From: Octopus sinensis
Taxonomy: Eukaryota
Direction: 5' to 3'
Assembly: GCF_006345805.1 (NCBI RefSeq)
Contig: NC_043001.1
Coordinates: forward strand, 127,410,001 to 127,474,000
DNA: 64,000 nt
The translations under genes and the position numbers were made by a program. Below the pieces are notes generated by a model that searched no databases, was not told where the DNA came from, and saw only the letters and a program-made list of their open reading frames with translations. How positions within the stretch are numbered: the first letter of the stretch is position 1; every line of letters begins with the position of its first letter. Of the stretch, positions 1 to 12,499 are shown in pieces.

Positions 1-1470
1 CCCTGAAGAAATTCTTTAGACTCAGGTTATAGACCGAAACAGCTCTTTTCCCAGTCTGTTCTCCCAGTTTTCAAACAGAGAAACAGATCCCTCGCAGTCA
101 ACTATCGCCCAATCTCACTCACTTTCCCTATCATTAAAGTGTTTGAAAAGGTAGTGAGATCCTAAATTCAAACCAGCATGGCTTTCACTGCAGTAGGGAC
201 TATCTAACACAGTTCTTACACCACATTGATGATCTCCTTAAAGCCTTGGGATCAGGTTCGAACTCTGATGTCATATATCTTGACTTCAGTAAAGAGTTCG
301 ATAGAATCGACCATAATATCCTACTGTCAAAATTGTCAAACGTTGGAATCCGTGGAAAACTACTACACTGGACTGAGTATTTCCTGGGGAACAAAACACA
401 TGTTATGATCGTTGGAATCCACTCAAGCCCAGCAAAGGTCACCAGTGGTGTCTCTCAGGGAACTGTCTTGGGCCCGCTTGTCTTTATAGTCTATATAAAC
501 AATCTTACCAGTGTCACAAAACACAGAAAAGTGAAAATATTCGCTAAAGACGGAACTGAACTCCAGTCTGATCTACATGCCGTAAGTCAATAGGCAGACA
601 AAAATAATATGCAACTAAACGAGGGAAACTTTGAGCTAATGCTTTTTGGAAGAAAGACTATGCTAAAACAGCCATACACGCTCCCTTCAGAGGAACCGCT
701 CACATCATCTAATAACATCAGAGACCTCGGAGTAACTGTTGATAACAATCTCAACTGGAGTGCCTACATCAACACCAAGGTCGATATAGCTCGTAGGATG
801 AGCTCCTGGATCCTAGGTACCCTCCGGTCCAAAGAACAAGATGTCATCATTCCTCTTTTCTCCTCCTTTGATACGGTCATACTTTGAATACTGCTGGCCC
901 CTGTGGTCTCTCCATACAAAACGAAACATTTTGAAAACTGAATCACCCCAGAGGTCATTCACTAAAAGAATTAAGGGCACGACTGATCTCGATTATTGGG
1001 ATCGCCTTAAAGCATTGAAACTCTATTCTCTCCAGCGCCGCCGTGAGTGATACATCATTTGCACCATGTGGAGAATATACCACCAGCATTGCCCAAATGA
1101 CCTCAACATTAGCTTCAAAATTCATCCAAAGCTAGAACCACGGGCCATATGTCCCCTACCCAATTCAAGATCACAACACATAAATACACTGCAACACAAT
1201 TTCTTTTCTTCAACAGGCCCTATCCTATTTAACAGATCAAAGAGGAACAGGATCCCATCACCTTTAAACGGGATCTGGACAAATTCTTCAAGGAAATGCT
1301 TCTGTTTGTTCCCAACCCTACAAGATAAGCCACCTATACCTGGATACAATTCACTCAACAAGAATTCCCAACTCGAATGGACCATGATACCACAAAACTT
1401 GACTTTAAAATAATTTAACTAATCCTATCAGGTGGTGCTATTAAGTTAGACATGGCATGGACCAATCTTT
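1..1470 (+). mobile_element. CR1-group LINE, decayed RT and 3' end
   Basis: Frameshifted ORFs give NYRPISLT, YLDFSKEFDRIDH, GVSQGTVLGPLVFIVYINNL and LKLYSLQRRRE. The 3' end caggtggtgctattaagttagac is shared with 43340 and 57440. Confidence 0.9.
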
Positions 1471-1494
1471 GGTCAAATTAACGTATAGCACTCC

Positions 1495-1704
1495 ACAGAC
1501 TCGTTTACCCTTAATGTAGTTCTCGGGGAGATTCAGCCAAGGCTAGCCCTTTGAAATACAGGTACATCAGAAACAAGAAGAAAGAGTGAAAGAAAGTTGT
1601 GGTGAAAGAGTACAACAGGGTTCGCCACCACCCCCTGCCGGAGCCTCGTGGAGCTTTAGGTGTTTCCGCTCAATAAACACTTACAACGCCCGAGAGAGAG
1701 CGAG

Positions 1705-1783
<79 letters not shown>

Positions 1784-2055
1784 ATTCTGTCGGTTACGAC
1801 GACGAGAGTCCCAGCTGATACGATCAACGGAACAGTCTGCTCGTGAAATTAACGTGCAAGTGGCTGTGCACTCCACGGACACGTGTACCCTTCTCAGGGT
1901 GATTCAGCGTGACACAGTGTATCAAGGCTGGTGCTTAGCTGAGTGGACTGGAGCAACGTGAAATAAAGTGTCTTGCTCAAGGACACAACGCGTCGCCGGG
2001 AATTGACCTTACGACCTTACAAATCGTGAGCCGAATGCCCTAACCACCAAGTCAC
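1495..2055 (-). mobile_element. Composite SINE (head D plus tail T1, (TC)n, partial head C plus tail T1)
   Basis: Matches pieces of the copies at 10753-11128 and 15746-16067; a (GA)n tract at ~1690-1782 separates the two parts. Confidence 0.75.
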
Positions 2056-2079
2056 GCATCTTATATATATATATCTTGT

Positions 2080-2374
2080 CTTTAAGTGCGTCTCTTCTTT
2101 GTTCCTCAAAATTGCTGACTGCGTTGAAGATCGTGTGGCGCCAGACATCACGGTCCGCAGCCAGGTCTGACCAGCATTGGTGGTTAATATGACATGCTGT
2201 TAGAGACTTCTTGAGGCAGTCTTTGTAACGCTTCCTCGGAGCTCCTCTCACTCGGTGGCCGGTGGAGAGTTCGCCAAACAGGGCAATCTTTGGAAGGCGA
2301 TGGTTCTCCATTCTGGAGACATGCCCTGCCCATCGTGCGCCTCTGACACCACACCGGATGTTACCTTCGTTTGT
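2080..2374 (-). mobile_element. RTE-clade LINE 3' fragment
   Basis: ORF 2009-2311: RLPKIALFGELSTGHRVRGAPRKRYKDCLKKSL...AADRDVWR, a typical RTE C-terminus. Confidence 0.85.
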
Positions 2375-2383
2375 GGTATATAC

Positions 2384-2610
2384 GGCGAGCTGGCAGAAAC
2401 GTTAGCACGCCGGGCGAAATGCTTAGCGGTATTTCGTCTGCGTTACGTTGTGAGTTCAAATTCCGCCGAGGTCGACTTTGCCTTTCATCCTTTCGGGGTC
2501 GATAAATTAAGTACCAGTTACGCACTGGGGTCGATGTAATCGACTTAATACCTATGTCTGTCCTTGTTTGTCCCCTCTGTGTTTAGCCCCTTGTGGGCAA
2601 TAAAGAAATA
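2384..2610 (+). mobile_element. SINE family A monomer
   Basis: A-box-like tggcagaaacgtt, B-box gagttcaaattcc, tail aaagaaata. TSD ggtatatac at 2375-2383 and 2611-2619. Confidence 0.9.
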
Positions 2611-2612
2611 GG

Positions 2613-2695
<83 letters not shown>

Positions 2696-2865
2696 TGTAT
2701 ATACCGTATAGATATAATTTTTAAGATACTAGGATAATTTCCTACTCTTCTTAACATGAAATAAATGATAGCCTTAATTCACAAATAAAGAAATTATACA
2801 TCCACCAATGCGGTGTTGACCACTCATTTCATCGTGCTACATTTACGCATGTGTGTGTGTGTGTG

Positions 2866-2908
<43 letters not shown>

Positions 2909-3124
2909 TTGTATGTGTATACATATATCTATTTCATATATGTATGCATATAGATGTGTGTGTGTCTTTGCGCTTGTGTTTGTCCCCAATCCCGTTCCAC
3001 CCATCCGCTTGACAACTAGTGTTGATTTATGTTTATCCCCGTAACTTAGCAGTTCGGAAAAAGAGACCGATAGAATAAGGACCAGAGTTTTTTTTTAATG
3101 AAAGAAATAAATCTAAATACTATG

Positions 3125-3385
3125 ATTGGTTTGTTCAGCTCTACAATTCATGTCAGTGATGCAGCACGACTGCAATCCAATGATTGAGGCAAATAAACGA
3201 AGGCTTAGATGACACAGCGAAGATATATTGCTCAAAATACACAGCAATGACGACAACAGAACAGCTGGGACATGTACATATGTTACACACGACAACAGCA
3301 TCATGTACAGCATTTCCGATGGTCTTTGGATCAACTTTCATATCCATGGACAGTTTTCTCATGGATGTTGTTGGGTCTTTCGAAC
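3125..3385 (-). mobile_element. Internally deleted Tc1/mariner (maT/DD37D-like) fragment
   Basis: KDPTTSMRKLSMDMKVDPKTIGNAVH; near-identical to 5700-5775. Confidence 0.7.
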
Positions 3386-3388
3386 ATA

Positions 3389-3778
3389 TACTCTTTACTC
3401 TTTACTCTTTTACTTGTTTCAGTCATTTGACTGCGGCCATGCTGGAGCACCGCCTTTAGTCGAGCAAATCGACCCCAGGACTTATTCTTTGTAAGCCCAG
3501 TACTTATTCTATCGGTCTCTTTTGACGGGGACGTGAACACACCAGCATCGGTTGTCAAGCAATGCTAGGGAACAAACACAGACACACAAACACGCACACA
3601 TACATGTATATACATATATACGACAGGCTTCTTTCAGTTTCCGTCTACCAAATCCACTCACAAGGCATTGGTCGGCCCGGGGCTATAGCAGGAGACACTT
3701 GCCCACGATGCCACGCAGTGGGACTGAACCCGGAACCATGTGGTTGGTTAGCAAGCTACTTACCACACAGCCACTCCT
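3389..3778 (-). mobile_element. SINE family B with short internal microsatellite
   Basis: tRNA-like head (gtggctgtgtggtaag...ggttcagtccc), body, and 3' tail ggcggtgctccagcatggccgcagtcaaatgactgaaacaagtaaaagag. Confidence 0.9.
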
Positions 3779-3844
3779 TCAAGTACATATGTATATATGT
3801 ACTTGAAAAAGGATGCGTGGCGTTCGATCATATAATAATATAAA

Positions 3845-4375
3845 TAATACATAAATATATGCATATATACATACGTATGTGTACATACCTACATCTATAT
3901 GTATATATACAGGCATATATGGGTACAGGACAAAAAAAAACGTTGAACACAATGAGAAACGAAAACATAAAAACAAAAACATGGAAACGAACATTTTTTT
4001 TCAAACAACGAAAAAACAGAGTACAAGACATACAACACAAGGAATATTCCCCTTCTTCAGTTGTCCCTGTTTCGTCTACTCCGCGTTTTCGAAGGTAAGG
4101 ACAAGACGCGACTCCGTTGAAACAGTCCTTCCCGCAAAGCAAATTAAATAAAATTTGGGACTTTTTGCGGAGGGGTAAAAGTGGTAACAGGAACAGGGCA
4201 GTAAGAACAAAACAAGACAGTAAAACCAATCATCGTCTTGACTTAACAACCCTCATCGTTTGTTTATTGTCTTTACTTTTATTGTTTTTACTGTCTTGTT
4301 TTATGCCTGTATATATACATATAGATGTAGGTATGTACATATATGTATGTATATATGCATATATTTATATATTAT
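3845..4375. mobile_element. Fold-back element (second, non-inverted copy at ~6320-6680)
   Basis: 3851-3916 is the reverse complement of 4303-4375, and 4208-4230 of 4280-4302. The body is repeated at 6320-6680. Confidence 0.65.
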
Positions 4376-4741
4376 TTATATATATATGTATGTATACACA
4401 TACGCATATAAATATACATACATGCAAACTATATAAAAAGACATTATTTTACTCCTTTACTTGTTTCAGTCATTTGACTGCAGCCATGCTGGAGCACCAC
4501 CTTAAAAGGCTTTTAGTCGAACGGATCGAATATTCTTTGTAAGCCTAGTACTTATTTTATCGGTTTCTTTTGCTAAACCGCTAAGTTACGGGGACGTAAA
4601 TACACCAGCATTGGTTGTGAAGTGATGGTGGGGGGAGGGTAAACACAGACACAAAGACACATGCACATTCACATACACACCCACCCACACACATACATAC
4701 ATACATACATACATACATAATACATACATACATACATACAT

Positions 4742-4780
<39 letters not shown>

Positions 4781-4783
4781 CAT

Positions 4784-4851
<68 letters not shown>

Positions 4852-4853
<2 letters not shown>

Positions 4854-5830
4854 GGGTGATGAAGCAAAACTTGGAAAATAATAGATAATTCACCAACTTG
4901 TTTATATTACAACAACCAGCAACCTGACATAAATATAATTTTAACACAAGTATATAGAGGTATAAAGAGACAATTTATTCAATATGTCTGCCTTTATTGT
5001 CCACCACAGCTTTCACATGCTGCCTGAAGGCATCACAACTCTTGATGATAAAGTACTCAGACATGTTGTCCCACTCTTCCCTCAAGATTTGCTTAGAATG
5101 GTAAAGACTTGGATTCGAAGTTCTGTTGGTAGAGTGCTTCAGTTTGCACCATACAGCATAGACGAGGGTCTTCAAGTCTGGGCTGGAAGAAAGCTAGGAT
5201 TTGGCAGGCCAAAAGTCGGCGAAATTGTCTTCGTAGAATTTCTGCACTTTCTTTGCCATATGATCAGGTGAACCATCTTGGATCCACACATAATTACCGT
5301 TGGGGTAGTTAGACATCGGCCAAGACAAAACCTTATACCGCAGGACTTTATAATAAACATCAGCTCACCACATTTTTCTCAGACATGAAAAAATGGAGAG
5401 GCATCTTTTTTTCCGTTAGATGTCACGACTCCCGGTACCATGACTTGAGCTGGGTTCTTGGTCTTAAAGACGCCCCTTACTTCAGAAGGTGATTTAGCAA
5501 TGTATCATTATGACGTTTTAAAACAGCATCAACGGTAAAGATATTTTCATCTGAAAAGATCTTCACGGTTTTTCTATTGTGCTTCAGGTATCGCAATACT
5601 TTTTTTAGCCCTTTCATGTCTTTTGGCTTTCATTGCATGAGTCAGTAGGTATCTCGGGGTCCTCACGTATGGCCCCAAATGTAAATCAGTATGCACAGCA
5701 TTTCTGATGGTCTTTGAATCAACTTTCATATCCATGGACAGTTTTCTCATGGATGTTGTTGGGTCTTTCGAAAATTTGGCTTTGAAAGATTTAAGAAATG
5801 CATTATCCCGTTTTTTTTTATGTCTCCACT
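4852..5830 (-). pseudogene. Decayed Tc1/mariner (maT/DD37D-like) transposase
   Basis: SFKAKFSKDPTTSMRKLS...HLLT-like N-terminus, SSPDLKTLVYAVW, and C-terminus FRQHVKAVVDNKGRHIE*; terminal cagggtg after TA at 4852. Confidence 0.8.
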
Positions 5831-5846
5831 CCTTACTTCCTTGCTT

Positions 5847-5910
<64 letters not shown>

Positions 5911-6038
5911 TATATAATATATGAGATGGCAGGTAACACTATTTAAGTGCTATGGAAGGACCGTAGTTAAACTCTCGGTTCGATAATGATACGAGTGAGG
6001 AGTCTAATGCGGGTCTTGTATGAGCATGTATATGTTAA

Positions 6039-6283
6039 ATAAAATGAGACAACAAAGCCAAGATTGTGTGGAATTTTCAGGACATTTATAAAGAGAAAGT
6101 TAGTCTTACAGCTGTTTCTGGGATATTAGGGAGAATTCCACTCAGCCTTGGCTTTGTTGTCTCATTTTATCAGCCGAAATTGCGAGGATGATCCGGTTCT
6201 TGACAGAAGATTAAAGGCTTCGAATGATCCGTCCGTTTTTTTTTTGTATCGTCAACTGGATGTTTTACGTCCTTGTCCCATTT

Positions 6284-6285
<2 letters not shown>
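6039..6285. mobile_element. Short PLE-like element with 40-bp inverted repeat (related to ~42620-42880)
   Basis: 6039-6079 pairs with 6131-6170. The spacer reads GAAAC-AGCT-GTA on the minus strand. The right part resembles the reverse complement of 42620-42750. Confidence 0.5.
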
Positions 6286-6319
<34 letters not shown>

Positions 6320-6939
6320 TAAATAAAAACATATGCATATATATATATACATATATGTACGTACCTACCTCTACATGTATATATACACGCATATATGAGT
6401 ACAGGACACCAAAAAAACGTCGAACACAATGAGAAACATAAACATAGACATTTTTTTAAACAACAACAAAAATAGAGTACAGGACAATTAACACAAAGAA
6501 AAAACCCCTTCTTCAGTCGCTATGGTTTCATCTACTCTACGTTTCGAAGGTGAAGGCGAGACGTATCTTCGAATAAGAAACTTTCCTTCCTGCGAAAAGC
6601 AAATCAATTAAAATTTGAGATCTTTTTGCAGAGGGGTAAAAATGGTAACAAAACCAGGACAGTAACGACAGTACAAAATATATATATATATACACGTATA
6701 TTATTGACTGGAAGTTAATTATATGGTCACTTTATGACCGGTCATGTAATTAACTTTCTGTAAATTATATTACTGCTCCAACGTTCAGAGTGTGCTTCTT
6801 TTTCGGATATATGATCCACTAAAGATTCTGTATATATCGCCATGATTGACCGCTAACTCCAAAAGTTTTTTTTTTATTCTCTGTTTATTTCAGTTTGATT
6901 CAGATTCCCACACGCACACAAATACGCACATATATATAC

Positions 6940-6970
<31 letters not shown>

Positions 6971-7008
6971 TGCATGTGTGTATGCATGTATGTATGTATG
7001 TATGTGTG

Positions 7009-7042
<34 letters not shown>

Positions 7043-7100
7043 TGTATGTATGTATGTATGTATGCATGTGTGTATGCATGTATGTATGTATGTATGTGTG

Positions 7101-7134
<34 letters not shown>

Positions 7135-7264
7135 TGTATGTATGCATGTATGTATGTATGCATGTATGTATGCGTGTATGTATGTGTGTATGTATGTATG
7201 TATGTATGTATGTATGTATGTATGTATGCATGTGTGTATGCATGTATGTATGTATGTATGTGTG

Positions 7265-7296
<32 letters not shown>

Positions 7297-7590
7297 TGTA
7301 TGTATGTATGTATGCATGTATGTATGCGTGTATGTATGTGTGTATGTATGTATGCATGTATGTATGCGTGTATGTATGTGTGTATGTATGTATGTATGTA
7401 TGTATGTATGTATGTATGTATGTGTGTGTGTATGTATGTATGTATGCATGCATGTATGTATGTAGTATGTATGTATGTATGTATGTGTGTGTGTGTATGT
7501 ATGTACGTACGTATGGATGTCTGTATGTATGTGTGTTTGTGTATGTATGTATGTATGTATGTATGTATGTATGTATGTATGTATGTATGA
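6940..7590. repeat. (TATG)n compound microsatellite, ~650 bp
   Basis: Direct reading; source of the MYVC/HTYI ORFs. Confidence 0.98.
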
Positions 7591-7924
7591 ATGTATGTAT
7601 CAAGGAACCCATACAGAAGAGATTGATATTATGAGTAGTGTAAGTTTGATCGTGTTTACACCTGAGTCACATAAGGTAAGGTGAACAGGTGACACAACCA
7701 ATGATAATAACAATACAGACATTTCTGCATTTGTCAATCATGTATGGTGAGTTTGCTTCATGAAAAATCTATTGTGGATATAAAGAATGTGAGATCATTC
7801 AATTCCACCAATAGAGAAACGCACATACATATATACACACACATAGACATACATACGCGCACGCACATATATGTACATACATTCATACACACACACATAC
7901 AAACATACATACATACATACACAC

Positions 7925-8130
7925 GTAGGCACTGGCGTTGTTATGTGGTTAGAAGCTCGCTTTCCAACCACATGCTTCCGGGTTCAGTCCCACTTCGTGC
8001 ACCTTGGGCAAGTGTCTTCTACTATAGCCCCAGGCTGACCAAAGTTTTGTGAGCGGATTTGGTAGACGAAAACTGAAAGATGTCAGTCGTCTGTATGTAT
8101 ATATGTTGTGTGTGTTTGTTTTGTATACAC
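7925..8130 (+). mobile_element. SINE B 5' half ending in microsatellite
   Basis: Head and body to gaaactgaaagatgtcagtcg, then TG/CA/TA tracts. Confidence 0.8.
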
Positions 8131-8147
8131 ACACACACACACACACA

Positions 8148-8192
<45 letters not shown>

Positions 8193-8199
<7 letters not shown>

Positions 8200-8315
8200 G
8201 GGCATTACTATACATAAATGCCTCACGCTACGAGGTACTCAAAGTCAAAACTAGTTGTGACTTTTAAGAGTCCCTCATAGCGTGAGCTATTTATGTACAG
8301 TAATGCCCTTAATAT
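8193..8315. mobile_element. ~120-bp palindromic MITE-like hairpin
   Basis: attaagggcattactatacataaatgcctcacgctacgagg pairs with cctcatagcgtgagctatttatgtacagtaatgcccttaat; TA-rich flanks. Confidence 0.7.
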
Positions 8316-8422
8316 AAATCAATATATTTAAAGGGAAATAATTAAAAACTTTTCCCTTATGAGGTTTTTCGCGCTGACTACTTGATAAATTCTTATAAAG
8401 ATTTTATCCTATTTATAAATTG

Positions 8423-8512
<90 letters not shown>

Positions 8513-8532
8513 CGCGTGTATATATATATATA

Positions 8533-8776
8533 TAAATGAAAGAATGGAGTTGAACGACGAATTAACAAAATTCCTTTATTTTCGACATATGTTTCGAAGA
8601 TTGCATATTCCTAATTTCGAAATAATAAGGGGTGCATTAAAACACACAAATTTCCATACGATAGCACGTGATCTCTGCCCTAGGCATGTAGTTTCAACCG
8701 TGTTTTTCTGACGTGAATTTGCTACCCAGGTATCGGTCAACCGAATTATCCATAATAAGATAATTCATTCAACTAC
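8533..8776. mobile_element. PLE pseudo-LTR fragment, same family as 49660-50205
   Basis: 8533-8639 matches the 49660 left arm (truncated before the CTGATGA core). 8640-8776 matches the 3' extension at ~50065-50205. (TA)n on both sides. Confidence 0.8.
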
Positions 8777-8785
8777 TCAATTATT

Positions 8786-8860
<75 letters not shown>

Positions 8861-9462
8861 TATATATAATATATATACATAGTAATATGTAAAGGTAAGA
8901 TCCAAGGATCAAGGTGTAGGAAGTTAGTAAGCTTCGAGCAGTCCGCAGAAGGTATAAAAAACAACTTTTAGAAACAATAATGGTTTATTGACGTAGAAGG
9001 TTGTAAATTTTCCCCATATCAAAGTTTAGATAAGCTGAATAAAATTATTTTATAGTTTATGGTGAGCAGCTGGGGTTGCAGTGTATGCGAATAGAAATCC
9101 ATTCTCAAATTTGGGATATATATATGTGTGTCTATATGTGATTTTGTGTCTGTGCTTGGCTTGTCCCATACCACCGCTTGACAACCGGTGTTGGTGTGTT
9201 TACGTCCCCGTAACTTAACGGTTTGGCACAGAGACCGATTGAATATGTACCAGACCTTAAAGAACAAGAAAAGAACTTAAGTACTGGGATCATTCGACTA
9301 AGAATACTTGAAGGCGGTGCCCCAGCATGGCCACAGTCTAATTACTGAAGCAAGTAAAAGATAATGGATATATGCACACACATACACAATACTAATATAC
9401 ACATACATATAAACACATACATACATCTATATACATATATATAATATATACATATATATACA

Positions 9463-9522
<60 letters not shown>

Positions 9523-9708
9523 CATATAATATATATATATATGTATATATATAATGAATAAGCACATACATATATACACACACACACATACACACATACA
9601 CAAACACACACAGATATTTACGCATCTGTATATGTGTCTGTATTCATATATGTATGAATTTAACTACATGTAAATACATGTATACATATGTGCGTGTGTG
9701 TGTGTGTG

Positions 9709-9772
<64 letters not shown>

Positions 9773-9954
9773 TAACAAAGAGATATGGCCCACTTTCCTA
9801 TGAGAACGAGAAACATTGTGCTGTTGAGTCACTGAATGCTTTTCTTCTGATTTTATTATTATTGTTATTATTATTATTATTATTAGAATTTTCTTTTTTC
9901 ATACTGAGGCCAGAATATATCAGTGACGTTAACGTGCTCTGCTTTGTTTGTTTG

Positions 9955-9966
9955 CAGCAGCAGCAA

Positions 9967-10006
<40 letters not shown>

Positions 10007-10149
10007 AGTGGTGGTGGTGGTGGTGGTGGTGGTGGTGGTGGTGTGGTGGTGGTAGTGGTGGTGGTGTAGTAGTGCTGGTGGTGGTGGTGGTGGTGGTGGT
10101 GGTGGTGGTGGTAATAGTAGTCGTAGTAGTAGTGGTGGTAGTGGTGGTG

Positions 10150-10192
<43 letters not shown>

Positions 10193-10195
10193 ATT
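9955..10195. repeat. (GTA)n/(GTG)n trinucleotide tract
   Basis: Direct reading. Confidence 0.97.
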
Positions 10196-10414
10196 TATTT
10201 GTAATGATAACCACCGTGGTGGTATTTGTGGAGGTTATTGTTCGCATTTATCCGACGTAGGAGGGAAAACACCTATAACCTTTGTCCTATCATCACCACC
10301 ACTACCATTATCACACAACCCAATACCACTGCCAGCGACGGCTGGTGAGGTCAATGCTATTAATATTCACCTTGAAAGTTTGTAGGTTTAGGTCTGATAG
10401 TACTGTCTCTTGGT

Positions 10415-10725
10415 CGGTCGGTTACGGCGACGAGGGTTCCAGTTGATCTGATTAACAGAACAGTCTGCTCGTGAAATCAACGTGCAAGCGGCTGAGCACT
10501 CACTCCACAAACACACGTATTCCTAACATAGTTCTCAGGATGATTCAGCGTGACACAGAATTCGACAAGGCTGACCTTTTGAACTGCGAGTACAACTCAT
10601 TTTTGCCAGCTGAGTGAACTAGAGTAACGTGAAATAAAGTATCTTACTCAAGGATACAGCACCGCTGGGAATCAAACTCATGACCTTACGATCATGATCC
10701 AATTACCCTAACCACTAAGCCATAC
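10415..10725 (-). mobile_element. SINE head D plus tail T1 (diverged)
   Basis: Reverse complement resembles 15746-16067. Confidence 0.8.
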
Positions 10726-10752
10726 AAAGAAACCACGACTACATAGGTAGGA

Positions 10753-11128
10753 GCACTCCGTCGGTTTCGACGATGAGGGTCCCAGCTGATACGATCAACA
10801 GAACAGCTTGCTCGTGATATTAACGTGCAAGTGGCTGAGCACTCCACAGACACGTGTACCCTTAACGTAGTCCTCGAGGAGATTCAGCATGACACAGAGT
10901 GTGACAAGGCTGGCCCTTTGAAATACAGGTACAACAGAAACAGGAAGAAAGAGCGAGAGAAAGTTGTGGTGAAAGAGTACAGCAGGGTTCACCCCACCCC
11001 CTGCCGGAGCCTCGTGGAGCTTTAGGTGTTTTCGCTCAATAAACACTCATAATGCCCGGTCTGGGAATCGAAACCGCGATCCTCCGACCACGAGTCCGCT
11101 GCCCTAACCACTGGGCCATTGCGCCTCC
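10753..11128 (-). mobile_element. SINE head C plus tail T1, full length
   Basis: ggaggcgcaatggcccagtggttagggcagcggactcg...ggtttcgattccc head; ends ccgacggagtgc. Confidence 0.9.
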
Positions 11129-11719
11129 ACTCACATAGGATTAGGAGTATAAAATCGCTCGAAATGGACGGATGTATAGACAAACAGACGCGTGGATTTT
11201 GTAATTACTGCAATTTACTCGAAGTGCTAAATATTGCTTTCAAGGTATTTCCAAAGTGTTGCTGTTATATTTCAGGAGAGCCATAGTTGACACAGTCTAT
11301 ATACACAATCACTGATTGTTGATTGGGCATTGGCAAAACAAATTCAAAGTTAAAAGGTCGATAGGGTTACATTTTGTGAGAAGGAATAGGTGGGTAAGAT
11401 GTTTACGCAGGTACATAGAGGAGAACGCAGAATATGGTTGTGTCAATCTGAGTCAGAAAAATACGGAAGGCCAAGTGAATGACAGACATATAAATATTCA
11501 GTCTCAGACGTAACAAATGTATTGAGTAGAGAGGGGTAATAAAAAATGAATAGCAAAAATTGGATATTAAGAATCATATACAAGAATTGAATAGTAAAGA
11601 TCTTATACAAGACTATTAAACCCCAACAAAAACTGTAATACTAACCAAATATTCAAAATGTGGTGAAAAACTTAGAACTAGCTTTTAGCATTTTTTTTTT
11701 TTTTCTTTTTTGCGTTTTT

Positions 11720-12300
11720 AAGGCGGCGAGCTGGCAGAAACGTTAGCACGCCGGCCGAAATGCTTAGCGGTATTTCGTCTGCCGTTACGTTCTGAGTTCA
11801 AATTCCGCCGAGGTCGACTTTGCCTTTCATCCTTTCGGGGTCAATAAAATAAGTACCAGTTACGCATTGGAGTCGATATAATCGACTTAATCTGTTTTTC
11901 TGTCCTTGTTTGTCCTCTCTTTGTTTAGCCCCTTGTGTGTAGTAAAGAAATAGGTATTTCGTCTGCCGCTACGTTCTGAGTTCAAATTCGGCCGAGGTCG
12001 ATGTTGCCTTTCATCCTTTTGGGGTCGATAAATTAAGTACCAGTTACGCACTGAGATCGATATAATCGACTTAATCCATTTGTTTGTCCTTGTTTGTCCT
12101 CTCTGTGTTTAGTCCCTTGTGGGTAGTAAAGAAATAGGTATTGTCTTTACTTTCTGAGTTCAAGTTCCGCCGAGGTCGACTTTGCCTGTCATCCTTTCGG
12201 GGTCGATAAATTAAGTACCAGTTGCGTACTGGGGTAGAGCTAATCAACTGGCTCCCTCCCCAAAAATTTCGGGCCTTGTGCCGAGAGCAAAAATAAGAAA
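11720..12300 (+). mobile_element. SINE A tandem trimer
   Basis: One head, then units restarting at ggtatt at 11769, 11953 and 12137 (184-bp spacing). The third unit has a different tail. Confidence 0.9.
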
Positions 12301-12499
12301 TTAATTCGTTTTTCTTTTCTTTTTTTATTCTTATCCATGCAAAGTAACACAGACCCAAAGAAAAGCGAAAAAATGAAAAAATAAGTAGGCGGTGAACTAG
12401 CGAGAATCATCAGCAACCCGGACAAATTTTTCCAAGTTTAGAAGTTACAGCTAAAGCAGTTATGTTATCGCCACCACTGTATAAGGCCTCCACCACCTT

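Noticed and set aside
2-50. CTGAAGA...GAAACAGCT as a hammerhead
   Set aside because: It adjoins the CR1 RT coding sequence, has no stem II adjacent to the core, and stem III does not close (CTT instead of GTH).
11769-12300. Regular 184-bp units as a CRISPR-like array
   Set aside because: The units are whole SINE bodies with no unique spacers, in a eukaryotic context.
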